NCBI RefSeq assembly: GCF_055900595.2 | Contig: NZ_CM148325.1 | Direction: 5' to 3' (one strand) | DNA length: 64,000 bases | Part shown: in pieces, positions 1-13,712 of the stretch | Layout of the letters: every line of letters begins with the position of its first letter | Numbering within the stretch: the stretch's first letter is position 1 | Position numbers and translations under genes: made by a program | The notes under the pieces: generated by a model | Databases searched by the model: none | What the model saw: the letters and a program-made list of their open reading frames with translations, nothing else | Told to the model about the DNA's origin: nothing

Positions 1-489
1 GACGTTGGGCGGCCTCTTCATAGGCACGGTTTGACAAAGCCTGCGCTTGCTCGGCCAGGTCATCCCCTTTCAGATGAGGATAGGCGGCAATGTTGTACAA
101 CGTGGCCGCATGCAGCCAGTGACGACCACTGAGTTGTGGATCTTCTTCCGCACAAGCTTTTTGTTGCCACACCATCGCCTGGGTGGCCCATTCATAAATC
201 CAGTTGCCGCCGCGGTAGCCAATCACCGTATCGTATAAATCATCGTCGGTACGTTCAGCATCGCTCATCACAATACGCGCCTGAACGTCGAGGATTTCAC
301 GTGGGTCAATGCCGCGCCAGATCCACATCAGACGGTTTATCATGCGATACCAGTGGGGGATGGTTTTACCATCAAGGGCCGACTGCACAGGCGGTTGTGC
401 GCCGTGATTAAAGCGGCGGACTAGCGTCGAGGTTTCAGGATGTTTAAAGCGGGGTTTGAACAGGGTTTCGCTCAGGTTTGCCTGTGTCA
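1..489 (-). CDS. frsA: Fermentation/respiration switch protein FrsA (esterase), N-terminal part; gene continues beyond window start
   Basis: Minus-strand translation from the ATG at 489 reads [30 protein letters not shown]..., recognised as FrsA N-terminus; ORF runs off the window edge so it is absent from the ORF track; expected position next to gpt. Confidence 0.85.
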
Positions 490-581
490 TGGATGCAGCC
501 TCCAGAATACTTACTGGAAACTATTGTAACCTGCCTGAAGTTAAAAAGAACAACGCCCGGCAGTGCCAGGCGTTGAAAAGA

Positions 582-1040
582 TTAGCGCCCGGAGATTGGC
601 GGGACGAATACGACGCCCATATCCCACGGTTGTTCAATCCAGGTATCTTGTGGGATATCAACAACATAATCATCAACCAGCGGACGACCTGCCGGTTTAG
701 CGAAGATGGTGACAAAGTGCGCTTTTGGATACATTTCACGAATCGCAACCGCAGTACCGCCGGTATCCACCAGATCATCAATAACGATGAAGCCTTCGCC
801 ATCGCCTTCTGCGCGTTTCAGCACTTTAAGCTCGCGCTGGTTGTCGTGATCGTAGCTGGAAATACAAACGGTATCGACATGACGAATACCCAGTTCACGC
901 GCCAGTAACGCACCCGGTACCAGACCGCCACGGCTTACGGCAATAATGCCTTTCCATTGTTCAGAAGGCATCAGTCGGCTTGCGAGTTTACGTGCATGGA
1001 TCTGCAACATGTCCCAGGTGACGATGTATTTTTCGCTCAT
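582..1040 (-). CDS. gpt: Xanthine-guanine phosphoribosyltransferase
   Basis: 152-aa [34 protein letters not shown]... recognised as Gpt; PRTase motif [11 protein letters not shown]. Confidence 0.95.
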
Positions 1041-1300
1041 GTGAAGTGTCCCAGCCTGTTTATCTACGGCTTAAAAAGTGTTCGAGGGGAAAATAGGTTG
1101 CGCGAGATTATAGAGATCTGACGCACTAAAAACCAGTATTTCACATGAGTCCGCGTCTTTTTACGCACAGCCTCTCCCTGACGCGGGATAAAGTGGTATT
1201 CTCAAACATATCTCGCAAGCCTGTCTTGTGTTGACAACATTTTCTGCTAACCCTGTGACCTGCAATACTGTTTTGCGGGTGATCGACAAGGAGACTTAAC

Positions 1301-2758
1301 GTGTCTGAACTGTCTCAATTATCTCCACAGCCGCTGTGGGATATTTTTGCCAAAATCTGTTCTATTCCTCACCCGTCCTATCATGAAGAGCAACTCGCTG
1401 AATACATTGTTGGTTGGGCAAAAGAGAAAGGTTTCCATGTCGAACGCGATCAGGTGGGTAATATCCTGATTCGTAAACCTGCTACCGCAGGTATGGAAAA
1501 TCGTAAACCAGTCGTCTTGCAGGCCCACCTCGATATGGTGCCGCAGAAAAATAACGATACCGTGCACGATTTCACTAAAGATCCTATCCAGCCTTATATT
1601 GATGGCGAATGGGTTAAAGCGCGCGGTACCACGCTGGGTGCGGATAACGGCATTGGTATGGCCTCTGCACTGGCGGTTCTGGCTGACGAAAACGTGGTTC
1701 ACGGCCCGCTGGAAGTGCTGCTAACCATGACCGAAGAAGCCGGTATGGACGGGGCGTTCGGCTTACAGAGCAACTGGTTGCAGGCTGACATTCTGATTAA
1801 CACCGACTCCGAAGAAGAAGGTGAAATCTACATGGGTTGTGCTGGGGGTATCGACTTCACCTCCAACCTGCATTTAGATCGTGAAGCGGTTCCAGCTGGT
1901 TTTGAAACCTTCAAGTTAACCTTAAAAGGTCTGAAAGGCGGTCACTCCGGCGGTGAAATCCACGTTGGCCTGGGTAATGCCAACAAACTGCTGGTGCGCT
2001 TCCTGGCGGGTCATGCGGAAGAGCTGGACCTGCGCCTTATCGATTTCAACGGTGGCACACTGCGTAACGCCATCCCGCGTGAAGCCTTTGCGACCATCGC
2101 TGTCGCAGCTGATAAAGTCGACGCCCTGAAAACGCTGGTGAATACCTATCAGGAGATCCTGAAAAACGAGCTGGCAGAGAAAGAGAAAAATCTGGCATTG
2201 CTGCTGGACTCTGTTGCGAACGATAAAGCTGCCCTGATTGCGAAATCTCGCGATACCTTTATTCGTCTGCTGAACGCCACCCCGAACGGTGTGATCCGCA
2301 ACTCCGACGTGGCAAAAGGCGTGGTTGAAACCTCACTGAACGTCGGTGTCGTGACCATGACCGACAACAACGTAGAAATTCACTGCCTGATCCGTTCTCT
2401 GATCGACAGCGGTAAAGACTACGTGGTGAGCATGCTGGATTCGCTGGGTAAACTGGCAGGCGCGAAAACCGAAGCGAAAGGCGCATATCCTGGCTGGCAG
2501 CCGGACGCTAACTCTCCGGTGATGCATCTGGTACGTGAAACCTATCAGCGTCTGTTCAACAAGACGCCGAACATCCAGATTATTCACGCGGGTCTGGAAT
2601 GTGGCCTGTTTAAAAAGCCGTATCCGGAAATGGACATGGTTTCTATCGGGCCAACCATCACCGGTCCACACTCTCCGGATGAGCAAGTTCACATCGAAAG
2701 CGTAGGCCATTACTGGACACTGCTGACAGAACTGCTGAAAGAAATTCCGGCGAAGTAA
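1301..2758 (+). CDS. pepD: Cytosol non-specific dipeptidase (aminoacyl-histidine dipeptidase)
   Basis: 485-aa ORF recognised as PepD (M20 family); divergent from gpt as in E. coli. Confidence 0.95.
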   Translation: MSELSQLSPQPLWDIFAKICSIPHPSYHEEQLAEYIVGWAKEKGFHVERDQVGNILIRKPATAGMENRKPVVLQAHLDMVPQKNNDTVHDFTKDPIQPYIDGEWVKARGTTLGADNGIGMASALAVLADENVVHGPLEVLLTMTEEAGMDGAFGLQSNWLQADILINTDSEEEGEIYMGCAGGIDFTSNLHLDREAVPAGFETFKLTLKGLKGGHSGGEIHVGLGNANKLLVRFLAGHAEELDLRLIDFNGGTLRNAIPREAFATIAVAADKVDALKTLVNTYQEILKNELAEKEKNLALLLDSVANDKAALIAKSRDTFIRLLNATPNGVIRNSDVAKGVVETSLNVGVVTMTDNNVEIHCLIRSLIDSGKDYVVSMLDSLGKLAGAKTEAKGAYPGWQPDANSPVMHLVRETYQRLFNKTPNIQIIHAGLECGLFKKPYPEMDMVSIGPTITGPHSPDEQVHIESVGHYWTLLTELLKEIPAK

Positions 2759-2770
2759 TTTTTTGATTTG

Positions 2771-2805
2771 CTGCCGGATGGCGTTTGATCGCCTTCCGGC
2801 AGTTT
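2771..2805. terminator. Putative bidirectional hairpin between convergent pepD and prfH
   Basis: Inverted repeat ctgccgga...tccggcag immediately after the pepD stop; weak T-run. Confidence 0.35.
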
Positions 2806-2814
2806 CATCCTTTC

Positions 2815-3429
2815 TTATCCTTCGATAAAAGCCATCCCTGTAAACGTCCGTCGCGGGTTGCCACGTTCAATCTGGTGATGGAACATTCGCCGCTGCGATT
2901 TCAGCGCCGCGCTATTTTCCTGTTGCTGTTGCTCCAGCTTCCAGGCAATCAGCAATCGCGCCAGCCGTTTGTTGGCATGTTGGCTGCGCTCTGACTGAAC
3001 CTTCACGCTAATCCCGGATGCCAGATGCGTGGCGCGTACCGCCGAGTCGGTTTTATTGACATGTTGACCGCCCGGCCCCGACGAACGCAGCGTCTCATAA
3101 TGGATCGCATCGGATTGCTCCTGCTCATCTGCAGTAAAACGCCCAATGCCCAGAAACCAGTTTTTGCGCCCATGATGAGGGCGATACGGACTCGGACAAA
3201 TCCACTGGATAGTGCCACACCAGCTTTCGCTTAGTGCCCATGCGTTGTCGCCATCAAGTGAAACCAGCGCCGAACGCAGTGTGTCAGAGTAGCGACCCGT
3301 TTCTGTTTCCAGCACCGTTACCGCGACGTCTTGTCGGGCAGCTTCTTTAATCAGCCTGTCCAGTGCCTTTTTCACTGCGAGACAACATTCTTCCGGCCCC
3401 TGAGCTGAGGAGAGTTGTAGCAAGATCAT
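2815..3429 (-). CDS. prfH: Peptide chain release factor homolog PrfH (full-length form)
   Basis: ORF contains a release-factor domain with the GGQ motif ([16 protein letters not shown]); likely start at the internal Met ([14 protein letters not shown]...) giving ~204 aa; start overlaps the rtcB stop. Confidence 0.85.
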   Translation of the reverse strand: MILLQLSSAQGPEECCLAVKKALDRLIKEAARQDVAVTVLETETGRYSDTLRSALVSLDGDNAWALSESWCGTIQWICPSPYRPHHGRKNWFLGIGRFTADEQEQSDAIHYETLRSSGPGGQHVNKTDSAVRATHLASGISVKVQSERSQHANKRLARLLIAWKLEQQQQENSAALKSQRRMFHHQIERGNPRRTFTGMAFIEG

Positions 3430-4565
3430 CCTTTTTTCCCTCCACTGTTTTTGAGCGTCAGCACCGGACGCAGTCGCGCGACAGGAATAATTAAACCGGC
3501 CTGCACCAGACATTGCACCACACTTTCAGCCGATTTATAGGCTTGTGGCGCTTCTTCAAAGATGAGTTGTTTATCGCGACAAATTACCCGACTGCCAAGT
3601 TCAGTACGTGAGAGTTGCGTCGCCGTGTATTTCGCTGCCAGACGCCCTTTACACTCGGTGCGCCCCCATTTACGCCCTGCCCCATGCGCCAGTGAGTGAA
3701 GCGTTTTTTCGTTCGCAACAGGTTTAACCAGCCAGGAGTAATCACCGCGTGAACCGGGAATAATCACCAGACCGTTGTCATCCGGCGTAGCCCCTTTACG
3801 GTGTAACCATCCTTGTTGATCGCCGATTCGACATGCGCTAACAAAGTTATGCGCCACATCCAGAACCGAATTTCCGTTGGCCTTAACTTGTTGCATTATG
3901 CGCAAAGCGATCAGCTGGCGATTAATACGCGCAAACGCCAGCGCATCATCATGTTCCGCAATATAACTTAGCGCGTCGTCACTGCCTTCCGGCAAACCAT
4001 GATGCGAAAACGAGGCAATATGCCGCTGTAAAATAGACTGCCCTAAACCACGCGAGCCGCTATGGACCAGCAGTTGCAGATGCTGCGCATCCAGACCTGA
4101 CAGTGCAAACAGTTCCGCGTCGATGATTTGATCAATCTGTTGCAGTTCTGCAAAGTGGTTACCGCCACCGATAGAGCCAAGCGCGCAGCGCCACGGATGC
4201 TGTGCAAACGCTGACGGCAGGTTTTCCTCCAGCCAGCTTTCTTCAGCAACGTCATCCAGCGCAGATAATCGCTTTTCAAACTTATCGGCGTTGTATTTAC
4301 GCGCGAGAATATCTGTTTGCCATAGCGCCATACCGCAGCCGATATCATTGCCGACCAGTGCCGGGTAAAAACGGCCTACGGAGAAGAACGCTGCGCCAAT
4401 CGGATAGCCGCGTCCGGGGTGCAAATCTGGCATCCCCACTACGCGCTGCATGTTGGGTAAATTTGCCGTGGTGTGTAATTGTTGGATCGCTGAACTCTCG
4501 ATCCACAGGTCATCAGATGCGATGGTAAATACCGCATCGGATAAGGGACGAATATATTTGCCCAT
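3426..4565 (-). CDS. rtcB: RtcB-family RNA ligase (RtcB2-type, paired with prfH)
   Basis: 379-aa [26 protein letters not shown]...[17 protein letters not shown]... recognised as RtcB family; translationally coupled to prfH. Confidence 0.85.
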   Translation of the reverse strand: MGKYIRPLSDAVFTIASDDLWIESSAIQQLHTTANLPNMQRVVGMPDLHPGRGYPIGAAFFSVGRFYPALVGNDIGCGMALWQTDILARKYNADKFEKRLSALDDVAEESWLEENLPSAFAQHPWRCALGSIGGGNHFAELQQIDQIIDAELFALSGLDAQHLQLLVHSGSRGLGQSILQRHIASFSHHGLPEGSDDALSYIAEHDDALAFARINRQLIALRIMQQVKANGNSVLDVAHNFVSACRIGDQQGWLHRKGATPDDNGLVIIPGSRGDYSWLVKPVANEKTLHSLAHGAGRKWGRTECKGRLAAKYTATQLSRTELGSRVICRDKQLIFEEAPQAYKSAESVVQCLVQAGLIIPVARLRPVLTLKNSGGKKG

Positions 4566-4810
4566 GTATCATTCCATTTATACTCGTCATACTTCAAGTT
4601 GCATGTACTGCGACTCGAATTATTTAGAGTATATAAATATAAAAATCAGGAAATGGCAGACGAATCCAGGGCAAGAAAAAAAGAATTAATCCTGGAAAGG
4701 TCTGCAAAGAGTCATTGATAAAGGATTTTTCATGATTTACCTCCTTGCAGTTTGTGGAATAAGAAAACGCGCACATATTAGGCGGGCGTTATTTTCATTG
4801 CAAGCTGGAT

Positions 4811-5263
4811 TTAATGTTGCGGTTTATATCGCATATGAAAATTAGTAAACCACGCTCCCCGGCATTCAACGCGTTGCTGCTTAACTGTCTGAAAACCATA
4901 ACGTTCAAAAAAGGGTTTTGCGGTTATGCTGGCGTCCACCGTAAGTTCGGATTCAGACTTAATCAAAGGTTTTAACAAAGCGCTGGCAACCCCACGGCGA
5001 GTATATTCAGGGTCAACAAATAACATATCGATATAATGTTCAATGCGGGAAATAAAACCAACCGGTTGTGCATTAATCACAGCAACTCGCACTTGTGATT
5101 TCGCGAGTTGCTCTTTCCAGCGAGATTCGTCAATCTGCGCCCAGGCGGCAATTTGTTGTGGTGAATAATGCTGACTGGCGGTCATCGTAACCGCTCTAAT
5201 GAAAATAGCGCATAGTTGCTGAAAATCGCAAGGCTGATAGTTTCTTATTTGTATGTTATTCAT
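4811..5263 (-). CDS. yafP: GNAT family N-acetyltransferase YafP
   Basis: 150-aa ORF recognised as YafP; start overlaps dinB stop (operon). Confidence 0.9.
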   Translation of the reverse strand: MNNIQIRNYQPCDFQQLCAIFIRAVTMTASQHYSPQQIAAWAQIDESRWKEQLAKSQVRVAVINAQPVGFISRIEHYIDMLFVDPEYTRRGVASALLKPLIKSESELTVDASITAKPFFERYGFQTVKQQRVECRGAWFTNFHMRYKPQH

Positions 5264-6315
5264 AATCCCAGCACCAGTTGTCTTTCCATTTGCGGATCCA
5301 GCAACGTCACATGCAGCCCCACCAGCCGCACACCGCGCCCGCCACGGCGTTCATCCCAGGTTTTACGCGCAGTGGCGATCAAGTCAGCTTTATTCAGCCG
5401 CGGCCAGACGTGTTCCTGGGTGGTTTGCTGAAAATCGTCGAACTTTAATTTCACCCCCTGGCGGGCAATCAGTAAATCAGGTTTTACCTTTGCCAGACGA
5501 CGTTCAAGTTCCGGGTACAACCGCTCGATGATCGCTTCACATTCAGACCAGTGATGAATATCTTCCGCCATGGTGCGTTCTACACCGACGGATTTTCGCA
5601 ACCTTTCGCTGTTAACGTCGCGCTCGTCAATGCCCTGGCTACGCTCCCACAAAATGCGGCCAAATTTGCCAAAGCGTTTAAGCAACGTCACCAGATCACA
5701 CTTTTGTACATCGCCACAGGTTCGTAGCCCCATCGCTTCCAGTTTTGCCGCCGAGACTTTGCCGACACCGGGAATTTTTGCCAGCGGTAAGGTTTGCAGA
5801 AATGCCGGAACTTCTGCCGGCGTAATCACAAACTGACCGTTGGGTTTATTCATGTCTGAGGCGATTTTGGCGAGAAACTTGACCGGCGCAACGCCCGCAG
5901 ACGCCGTCAGTTGCAGCTCGTTGAAGATCGTCTGGCGGATTTCCTGAGCGATAAGGGTCGCAGAGCCGTGGCAATGGACACTATCGGTGACGTCGAGATA
6001 GGCTTCATCCAGTGACAGCGGCTCAATACGCGATGTGTAGCGAGAGAAGATTTCGCGGATATGATTTGACGCTTCTTTGTAGGCGTCAAAGCGCCCTGGA
6101 AGCAAGGTGAGATGCGGACACAGTTTGAGCGCCATGCCGGTTGGCATTGCGCTACGCACGCCAAATTTACGCGCGGGATAATTGGCGGTGCTGATCACCC
6201 CCCGGCGTTCGCGGCTGCCGCCAATAGCAATAGGGATATCGCGCAGGGCGGGATTGTCGCGCATCTCCACCGCGGCGAAAAAGCAGTCCATATCCACATG
6301 AATGATTTTACGCAT
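5260..6315 (-). CDS. dinB: DNA polymerase IV (Y-family translesion polymerase)
   Basis: 351-aa [36 protein letters not shown]... recognised as DinB. Confidence 0.95.
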   Translation of the reverse strand: MRKIIHVDMDCFFAAVEMRDNPALRDIPIAIGGSRERRGVISTANYPARKFGVRSAMPTGMALKLCPHLTLLPGRFDAYKEASNHIREIFSRYTSRIEPLSLDEAYLDVTDSVHCHGSATLIAQEIRQTIFNELQLTASAGVAPVKFLAKIASDMNKPNGQFVITPAEVPAFLQTLPLAKIPGVGKVSAAKLEAMGLRTCGDVQKCDLVTLLKRFGKFGRILWERSQGIDERDVNSERLRKSVGVERTMAEDIHHWSECEAIIERLYPELERRLAKVKPDLLIARQGVKLKFDDFQQTTQEHVWPRLNKADLIATARKTWDERRGGRGVRLVGLHVTLLDPQMERQLVLGL

Positions 6316-6385
6316 TGCTCACCTCTCAATACTGGTAAAGTATACAGTGATTTCAGAGTTTGAGAAAAGCGTAAAGATTCAGCAT

Positions 6386-7120
6386 TTAACGCGTTCGCTG
6401 CGAAAGCACCTGCTGCTTATCCAGCTTTTTCACCAGCGGCTGCACCACCTTATCCCCATGCTGACCAAAATATTGATACAACGTATCGGACGCGCTTTTG
6501 GTGAGCACCATAATCTCAATGCGCCGGTTACCCGCGCTTTGTGGGTTTTTGGCATCCAGCAGCATCTGGTCCGCCATCGCGCTTACCTGCATCACTTTAT
6601 CTTCCGGCATCCCGGCGTCTTCCAGCACCCGACGGGCCGAGAGCGCGCGGTCACCCGAAAGGTTCCAGTTGTTGTAGATATTGCTTTTATAGGCCATCGC
6701 ATCGGTATGCCCGGTAATAATAATTTTGTTGTCGAGCGAGTCGAATACCGGCGCGAGTTCCACCAGCAGCGTTTTAAAGAACGGCATAATCTTCGCGCTG
6801 CCGCGTTCAAACATATTGCGGTTCTGGTCATCTTTAATCAGCACGCGTAATCCCTGCGGGACAATCTCCATCTCCAGATTGGCTTCCATATGCGCATCGC
6901 GGGCGATGGTGTTGATACTGGTCGCCAGCTCGCCAAGCTCAGTGGCAGACTTCTTCTTCACTAGCGCCGTTTTCTCGTTGACGTCGCGGGCTTTTTTCTC
7001 CGTCTCTTCCGGCACCGCCACGGTGGCAGGTTTCGGCGGATGCGTCGGGCTGATTTTATTTAACGGCGACAGCCCGCCGCCATTGAAAATCGACTGCCCG
7101 TGCAGCGCGGCGATAATGCT
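6386..7120 (-). pseudogene. lafU: MotB-like lateral flagellar motor protein LafU, 5'-truncated remnant
   Basis: ORF has a MotB/OmpA-like C-terminal peptidoglycan-binding region but lacks the N-terminal transmembrane segment; the ORF-track N-terminus is antisense read-through into lfhA'; boundary approximate. Confidence 0.7.
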
Positions 7121-7139
7121 TTCACGCTCAGATTTACTA

Positions 7140-8855
7140 ACACTGTTGACAATCAACTTTATTGTCGTCACCAAAGGGGCCGAGCGTATTTCCGAGGTTT
7201 CTGCCCGTTTTACCCTGGACGCGATGCCCGGCAAGCAGATGGCGATTGACGCCGATCTTAACGCCGGGTTGATCAACCAGGCGCAGGCGCAGACCCGCCG
7301 CAAAGATGTTGCCAGCGAGGCCGATTTCTACGGCGCGATGGACGGGGCATCGAAGTTTGTGCGCGGGGATGCCATCGCCGGGATGATGATTCTGGCGATC
7401 AACCTGATTGGCGGCGTTTGTATCGGGATCTTCAAATACAACCTGAGCGCCGATGCCGCCTTCCAGCAGTATGTGCTGATGACCATCGGTGACGGCCTGG
7501 TGGCGCAGATCCCTTCCCTGCTGCTCTCCACCGCGGCGGCGATTATCGTCACCCGCGTCAGCGACAACGGCGATATCGCCCATGATGTGCGCCACCAGCT
7601 GCTGGCAAGCCCGTCGGTGCTCTACACCGCCACCGGGATTATGTTCGTGCTGGCGGTGGTGCCGGGAATGCCGCACTTCCCGTTCCTGATGTTCAGCGCC
7701 TTGCTTGGCTTTACCGGCTGGCGAATGAGCAAACGCCCGCAGGCGGCGGAGGCGGAAGAGAAAAGCCTCGAAACGCTGACCCGCACAATCACTGAAACCA
7801 GCGAGCAACAGGTCAGTTGGGAAACCATTCCGCTGATCGAGCCCATCAGTTTAAGCCTCGGTTACAAACTGGTGGCGCTGGTGGATAAAGCGCAGGGCAA
7901 CCCGCTCACCCAGCGTATTCGCGGCGTGCGGCAGGTGATTTCCGACGGCAACGGCGTGCTGCTGCCGGAGATCCGCATTCGCGAAAACTTCCGCCTCAAG
8001 CCCAGTCAGTACGCCATTTTCATCAACGGCATTAAGGCCGATGAAGCGGATATTCCGGCGGATAAGCTGATGGCTCTGCCCTCCAGTGAAACCTACGGTG
8101 AGATTGACGGCGTGCTGGGGAACGACCCGGCGTACGGGATGCCGGTGACCTGGATCCAGCCTGCGCAGAAAGCGAAGGCGCTGAATATGGGGTATCAGGT
8201 GATCGACAGCGCCAGCGTAATTGCCACGCATGTGAATAAGATTGTGCGCAGCTATATTCCTGATTTGTTTAACTATGACGATATTACTCAGCTGCATAAC
8301 CGTTTGTCGTCGATGGCACCGCGCCTGGCGGAGGATTTGAGTGCGGCGCTGAATTACAGCCAGTTGCTGAAAGTGTACCGGGCACTGCTGACCGAAGGCG
8401 TTTCCCTGCGCGATATCGTCACCATCGCCACCGTGCTGGTCGCCAGTAGCACCGTCACCAAAGATCATATTCTGCTGGCGGCCGATGTGCGCCTGGCACT
8501 GCGGCGCAGCATTACCCATCCGTTCGTTCGCAAGCAGGAGCTGGCGGTGTATACGCTGAATAATGAACTGGAAAATCTGCTGACCAACGTGGTGAATCAG
8601 GCGCAACAGGGCGGCAAAGTGATGCTTGATAGCGTGCCAGTGGACCCGAATATGCTCAACCAGTTCCAGAGTACGATGCCGCAGGTAAAAGAGCAGATGA
8701 AAGCGGCGGGGAAAGACCCGGTGCTGCTGGTGCCGCCGCAGCTGCGCCCGTTGCTGGCGCGTTATGCGAAGTTGTTTGCGCCGGGGTTGCATGTGCTGTC
8801 GTATAACGAAGTGCCGGATGAGCTGGAGTTGAAGATAATGGGGGCGTTGATGTAG
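7140..8855 (+). pseudogene. lfhA: FlhA-like lateral flagellar export protein LfhA, N-terminally truncated remnant
   Basis: FlhA homology begins mid-protein at NFIVVTKGAERISEVSARFTLDAMPGKQMAIDADLNAG (about nt 7146); upstream part of the 709-aa ORF is not FlhA-like; boundary approximate. Confidence 0.75.
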
Positions 8856-8856
8856 G

Positions 8857-10990
<2,134 letters not shown>

Positions 10991-11099
10991 AAGGGATGAA
11001 ACAACAGCGCCTGACGGCGCTGTGTCTGGCATGCCTGCAATCCGGGAGACTGGACCAGGAAAAAACTTGCAGGCCGTAACAGTATCTACTGTTAAAGCA

Positions 11100-11247
<148 letters not shown>

Positions 11248-11745
11248 TTATAAAATGATACGCTCTCCGGCACTAAAATCCGTTACGTCCCCCGCCCAAT
11301 CGATGGGATATAACCCTTTCGCGACATCACGATGGAACGTTGAGAATGGCCAATCACTTACCTGCTTTACCCAGCCATGTTTTACTGGATTTATATAAAT
11401 ATAATCAACATGATGGCGATAATCTTTGGTGTTGCGGATGGCATGCTCCCAAAAACGCGGTTGCCAGATATTTTTCAATCCGCAAACATGGGTGAATTGC
11501 TTTTTAATCTCCCGCCAGCGCGAGGAAAAATCATCATCGCTTTCGGGTAATGTCCAGATACAGTGCATATGCTCCGGCAAAACGACCCAGGCGTTAATTT
11601 CAAAAGGCCTGTCTCGCTTAACGTTAATAATGGCGTTACGGAGCATCTGTAACTGAGCGGTCAAAAGTTGGCTTCGACGATTCCGTAAATTTACCGTGAA
11701 AAACCATGTTCCCCCCTTTATATAAAAACGACGATATTCAGACAT
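11248..11745 (-). CDS. rayT: REP-associated tyrosine transposase RayT (TnpA-REP, HUH Y1 family)
   Basis: 165-aa ORF MSEYRRFYIKGGTWFFTVNLRNRR... recognised as RayT/YafM; flanked on both sides by REP arrays. Confidence 0.9.
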   Translation of the reverse strand: MSEYRRFYIKGGTWFFTVNLRNRRSQLLTAQLQMLRNAIINVKRDRPFEINAWVVLPEHMHCIWTLPESDDDFSSRWREIKKQFTHVCGLKNIWQPRFWEHAIRNTKDYRHHVDYIYINPVKHGWVKQVSDWPFSTFHRDVAKGLYPIDWAGDVTDFSAGERIIL

Positions 11746-11809
11746 AGCGACTCCTTTTTCTCAACGGTAAGAAGAAAAGGAAAAGTCGACAATGCGGGTG
11801 TGTTATATC

Positions 11810-11921
11810 GGGAAAGCGGCTCGCAAAATATTCGCAGACTCGTAGGCATGATAAGACGCGCCAGCGTCGCATCAGGCATCGGCGCATAACCGCCGGATGC
11901 GGCGTACACGCCTTATCCGCC
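11810..11921. repeat. REP/BIME array
   Basis: gtaggcatgataagacgcgccagcgtcgcatcaggcatcggcgcat...gccggatgcggcgtacacgccttatcc. Confidence 0.75.
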
Positions 11922-12680
11922 CTACAAAATCGTCTCTTCTGTCAAAATCCTGCGCGCGCCCAAAAAGTGATCCTGCCAGAAAGGTTCAGCTAACCGACTT
12001 ACCCGAATGGTTTCCCCGGTGCGCGGCGACTCGATAAACTGACCGTCTCCCAGATACACGCCCATATGGTCGGCAATCTCGCGGCTGTGAATATGGAAAA
12101 ACAGCAAATCTCCCCGGCGCAGGTCGTTATTTGCCACAATGGTTGCCCGACGGTAGTGATACATCTCATTGGCCGTGCGCGGGAGTTTCGCCTCGAGGAT
12201 CTTGTTGTAGGCATAAAAAACCAACCCGCTACAGTCGAAGCCTTGATCGGGTCGCGTGCCACCCCAGACGTATGGCTTGCCAAGCTGCTGCTCCAGACGG
12301 TGAATCGCCACTTCGGTGATATTATGCAGGTGGTTACTGCTGAGGAAATGATTGTTTTCCGCCAGCGCCTGCCAGCGTCTGTCACTCGCCTTGAGCGGCG
12401 CAGGAAACCATTCTGGATGCTGTTTTATCTGTTCGCGGTTGTGTTGCCGCAGTGCCCTTCTGCTTTCAGCATTGCCTTCCACAATATAGCTGGCCTGCTT
12501 TTTCAGATGAATTTGGTACTGTTTTAATAAACGCGCACGGTTTTGCATCCGCTGGCGGGCGGCGTAGCTGAAAGAGATATGTGATGTGGTGGCGCTGGCG
12601 AGTAAAGGGAGCAAAACGCATAACGAAAACACGCCTGGATGCAGAAATCTGCCGAGCAAGAACGAAGACATGAAGGACAT
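11922..12680 (-). CDS. yafL: NlpC/P60-family lipoprotein peptidase YafL
   Basis: 252-aa ORF with signal peptide and NlpC/P60-type motif (GFDCSGLVFYAY). Confidence 0.85.
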   Translation of the reverse strand: MSFMSSFLLGRFLHPGVFSLCVLLPLLASATTSHISFSYAARQRMQNRARLLKQYQIHLKKQASYIVEGNAESRRALRQHNREQIKQHPEWFPAPLKASDRRWQALAENNHFLSSNHLHNITEVAIHRLEQQLGKPYVWGGTRPDQGFDCSGLVFYAYNKILEAKLPRTANEMYHYRRATIVANNDLRRGDLLFFHIHSREIADHMGVYLGDGQFIESPRTGETIRVSRLAEPFWQDHFLGARRILTEETIL

Positions 12681-12971
12681 AAACCGGCTGAATGAAGGTG
12701 AGAATTTTAAAAGACCGGAGGAGTAAACGGGATTATTAATTGCTTATTTGCATATTACTATTGAGGTTTCATAATCTTAGGAAATAAATGATACATGCGC
12801 TTTTCGGACTAATGAAAACTGCCCTTGTGCTAAATTTGTAAACCCTGCGCCGACAGGCTTGCGTAAAACTCTTTTGGTGATAATGTGAGCCTTCCAAATC
12901 CAGACTATTCCGATTTGGGATCCATTTTGCCGTCCTGGCGTGTGTAACCGTTTTATCAAGGAATAAGCAGT

Positions 12972-13712
12972 ATGCGTAAAATCGCATTAATTCTTGCGAT
13001 GTTGTTGATCCCGTGCGTTTCGTTTGCCGGTTTGCTGGGCAGCAGTAGCTCGACCACGCCAGTGAGCAAAGAGTATAAGCAGCAGTTGATGGGATCCCCT
13101 GTCTACATCCAGATCTTCAAGGAAGAACGTACGCTCGATCTCTACGTCAAAATGGGCGAGCAATATCAACTGCTCGACAGCTATAAAATCTGTAAATATT
13201 CCGGCGGCTTAGGGCCAAAACAGCGTCAGGGCGATTTCAAAAGCCCGGAAGGGTTTTATAGCGTCCAGCGTAATCAGTTAAAACCAGACAGCCGTTACTA
13301 CAAAGCGATTAATATTGGATTCCCCAATGCCTATGACCGTGCGCATGGTTATGAAGGGAAATACCTGATGATCCACGGCGATTGTGTTTCCATCGGCTGC
13401 TACGCGATGACCAATCAAGGTATTGATGAGATCTTCCAGTTCGTTACCGGCGCGCTGGTGTTTGGTCAGCCGAGTGTGCAGGTAAGTATTTATCCGTTCC
13501 GCATGACCGACGCCAACATGCAGCGCCATAAATATTCCAACTTTAAGGACTTCTGGGAGCAACTGAAGCCGGGCTACGACTACTTTGAACAGACCCGTAA
13601 GCCACCGACCGTTTCTGTGGTCAATGGCCGTTACGTCGTCAGCAAACCGTTGAGCCATGAAGTGGTGCAGCCACAGCTGGCATCAAACTACACGCTCCCC
13701 GAGGCAAAATAA
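12972..13712 (+). CDS. yafK: L,D-transpeptidase family periplasmic protein YafK
   Basis: 246-aa ORF with signal peptide and YkuD-type catalytic region ([12 protein letters not shown]). Confidence 0.85.
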   Translation: MRKIALILAMLLIPCVSFAGLLGSSSSTTPVSKEYKQQLMGSPVYIQIFKEERTLDLYVKMGEQYQLLDSYKICKYSGGLGPKQRQGDFKSPEGFYSVQRNQLKPDSRYYKAINIGFPNAYDRAHGYEGKYLMIHGDCVSIGCYAMTNQGIDEIFQFVTGALVFGQPSVQVSIYPFRMTDANMQRHKYSNFKDFWEQLKPGYDYFEQTRKPPTVSVVNGRYVVSKPLSHEVVQPQLASNYTLPEAK

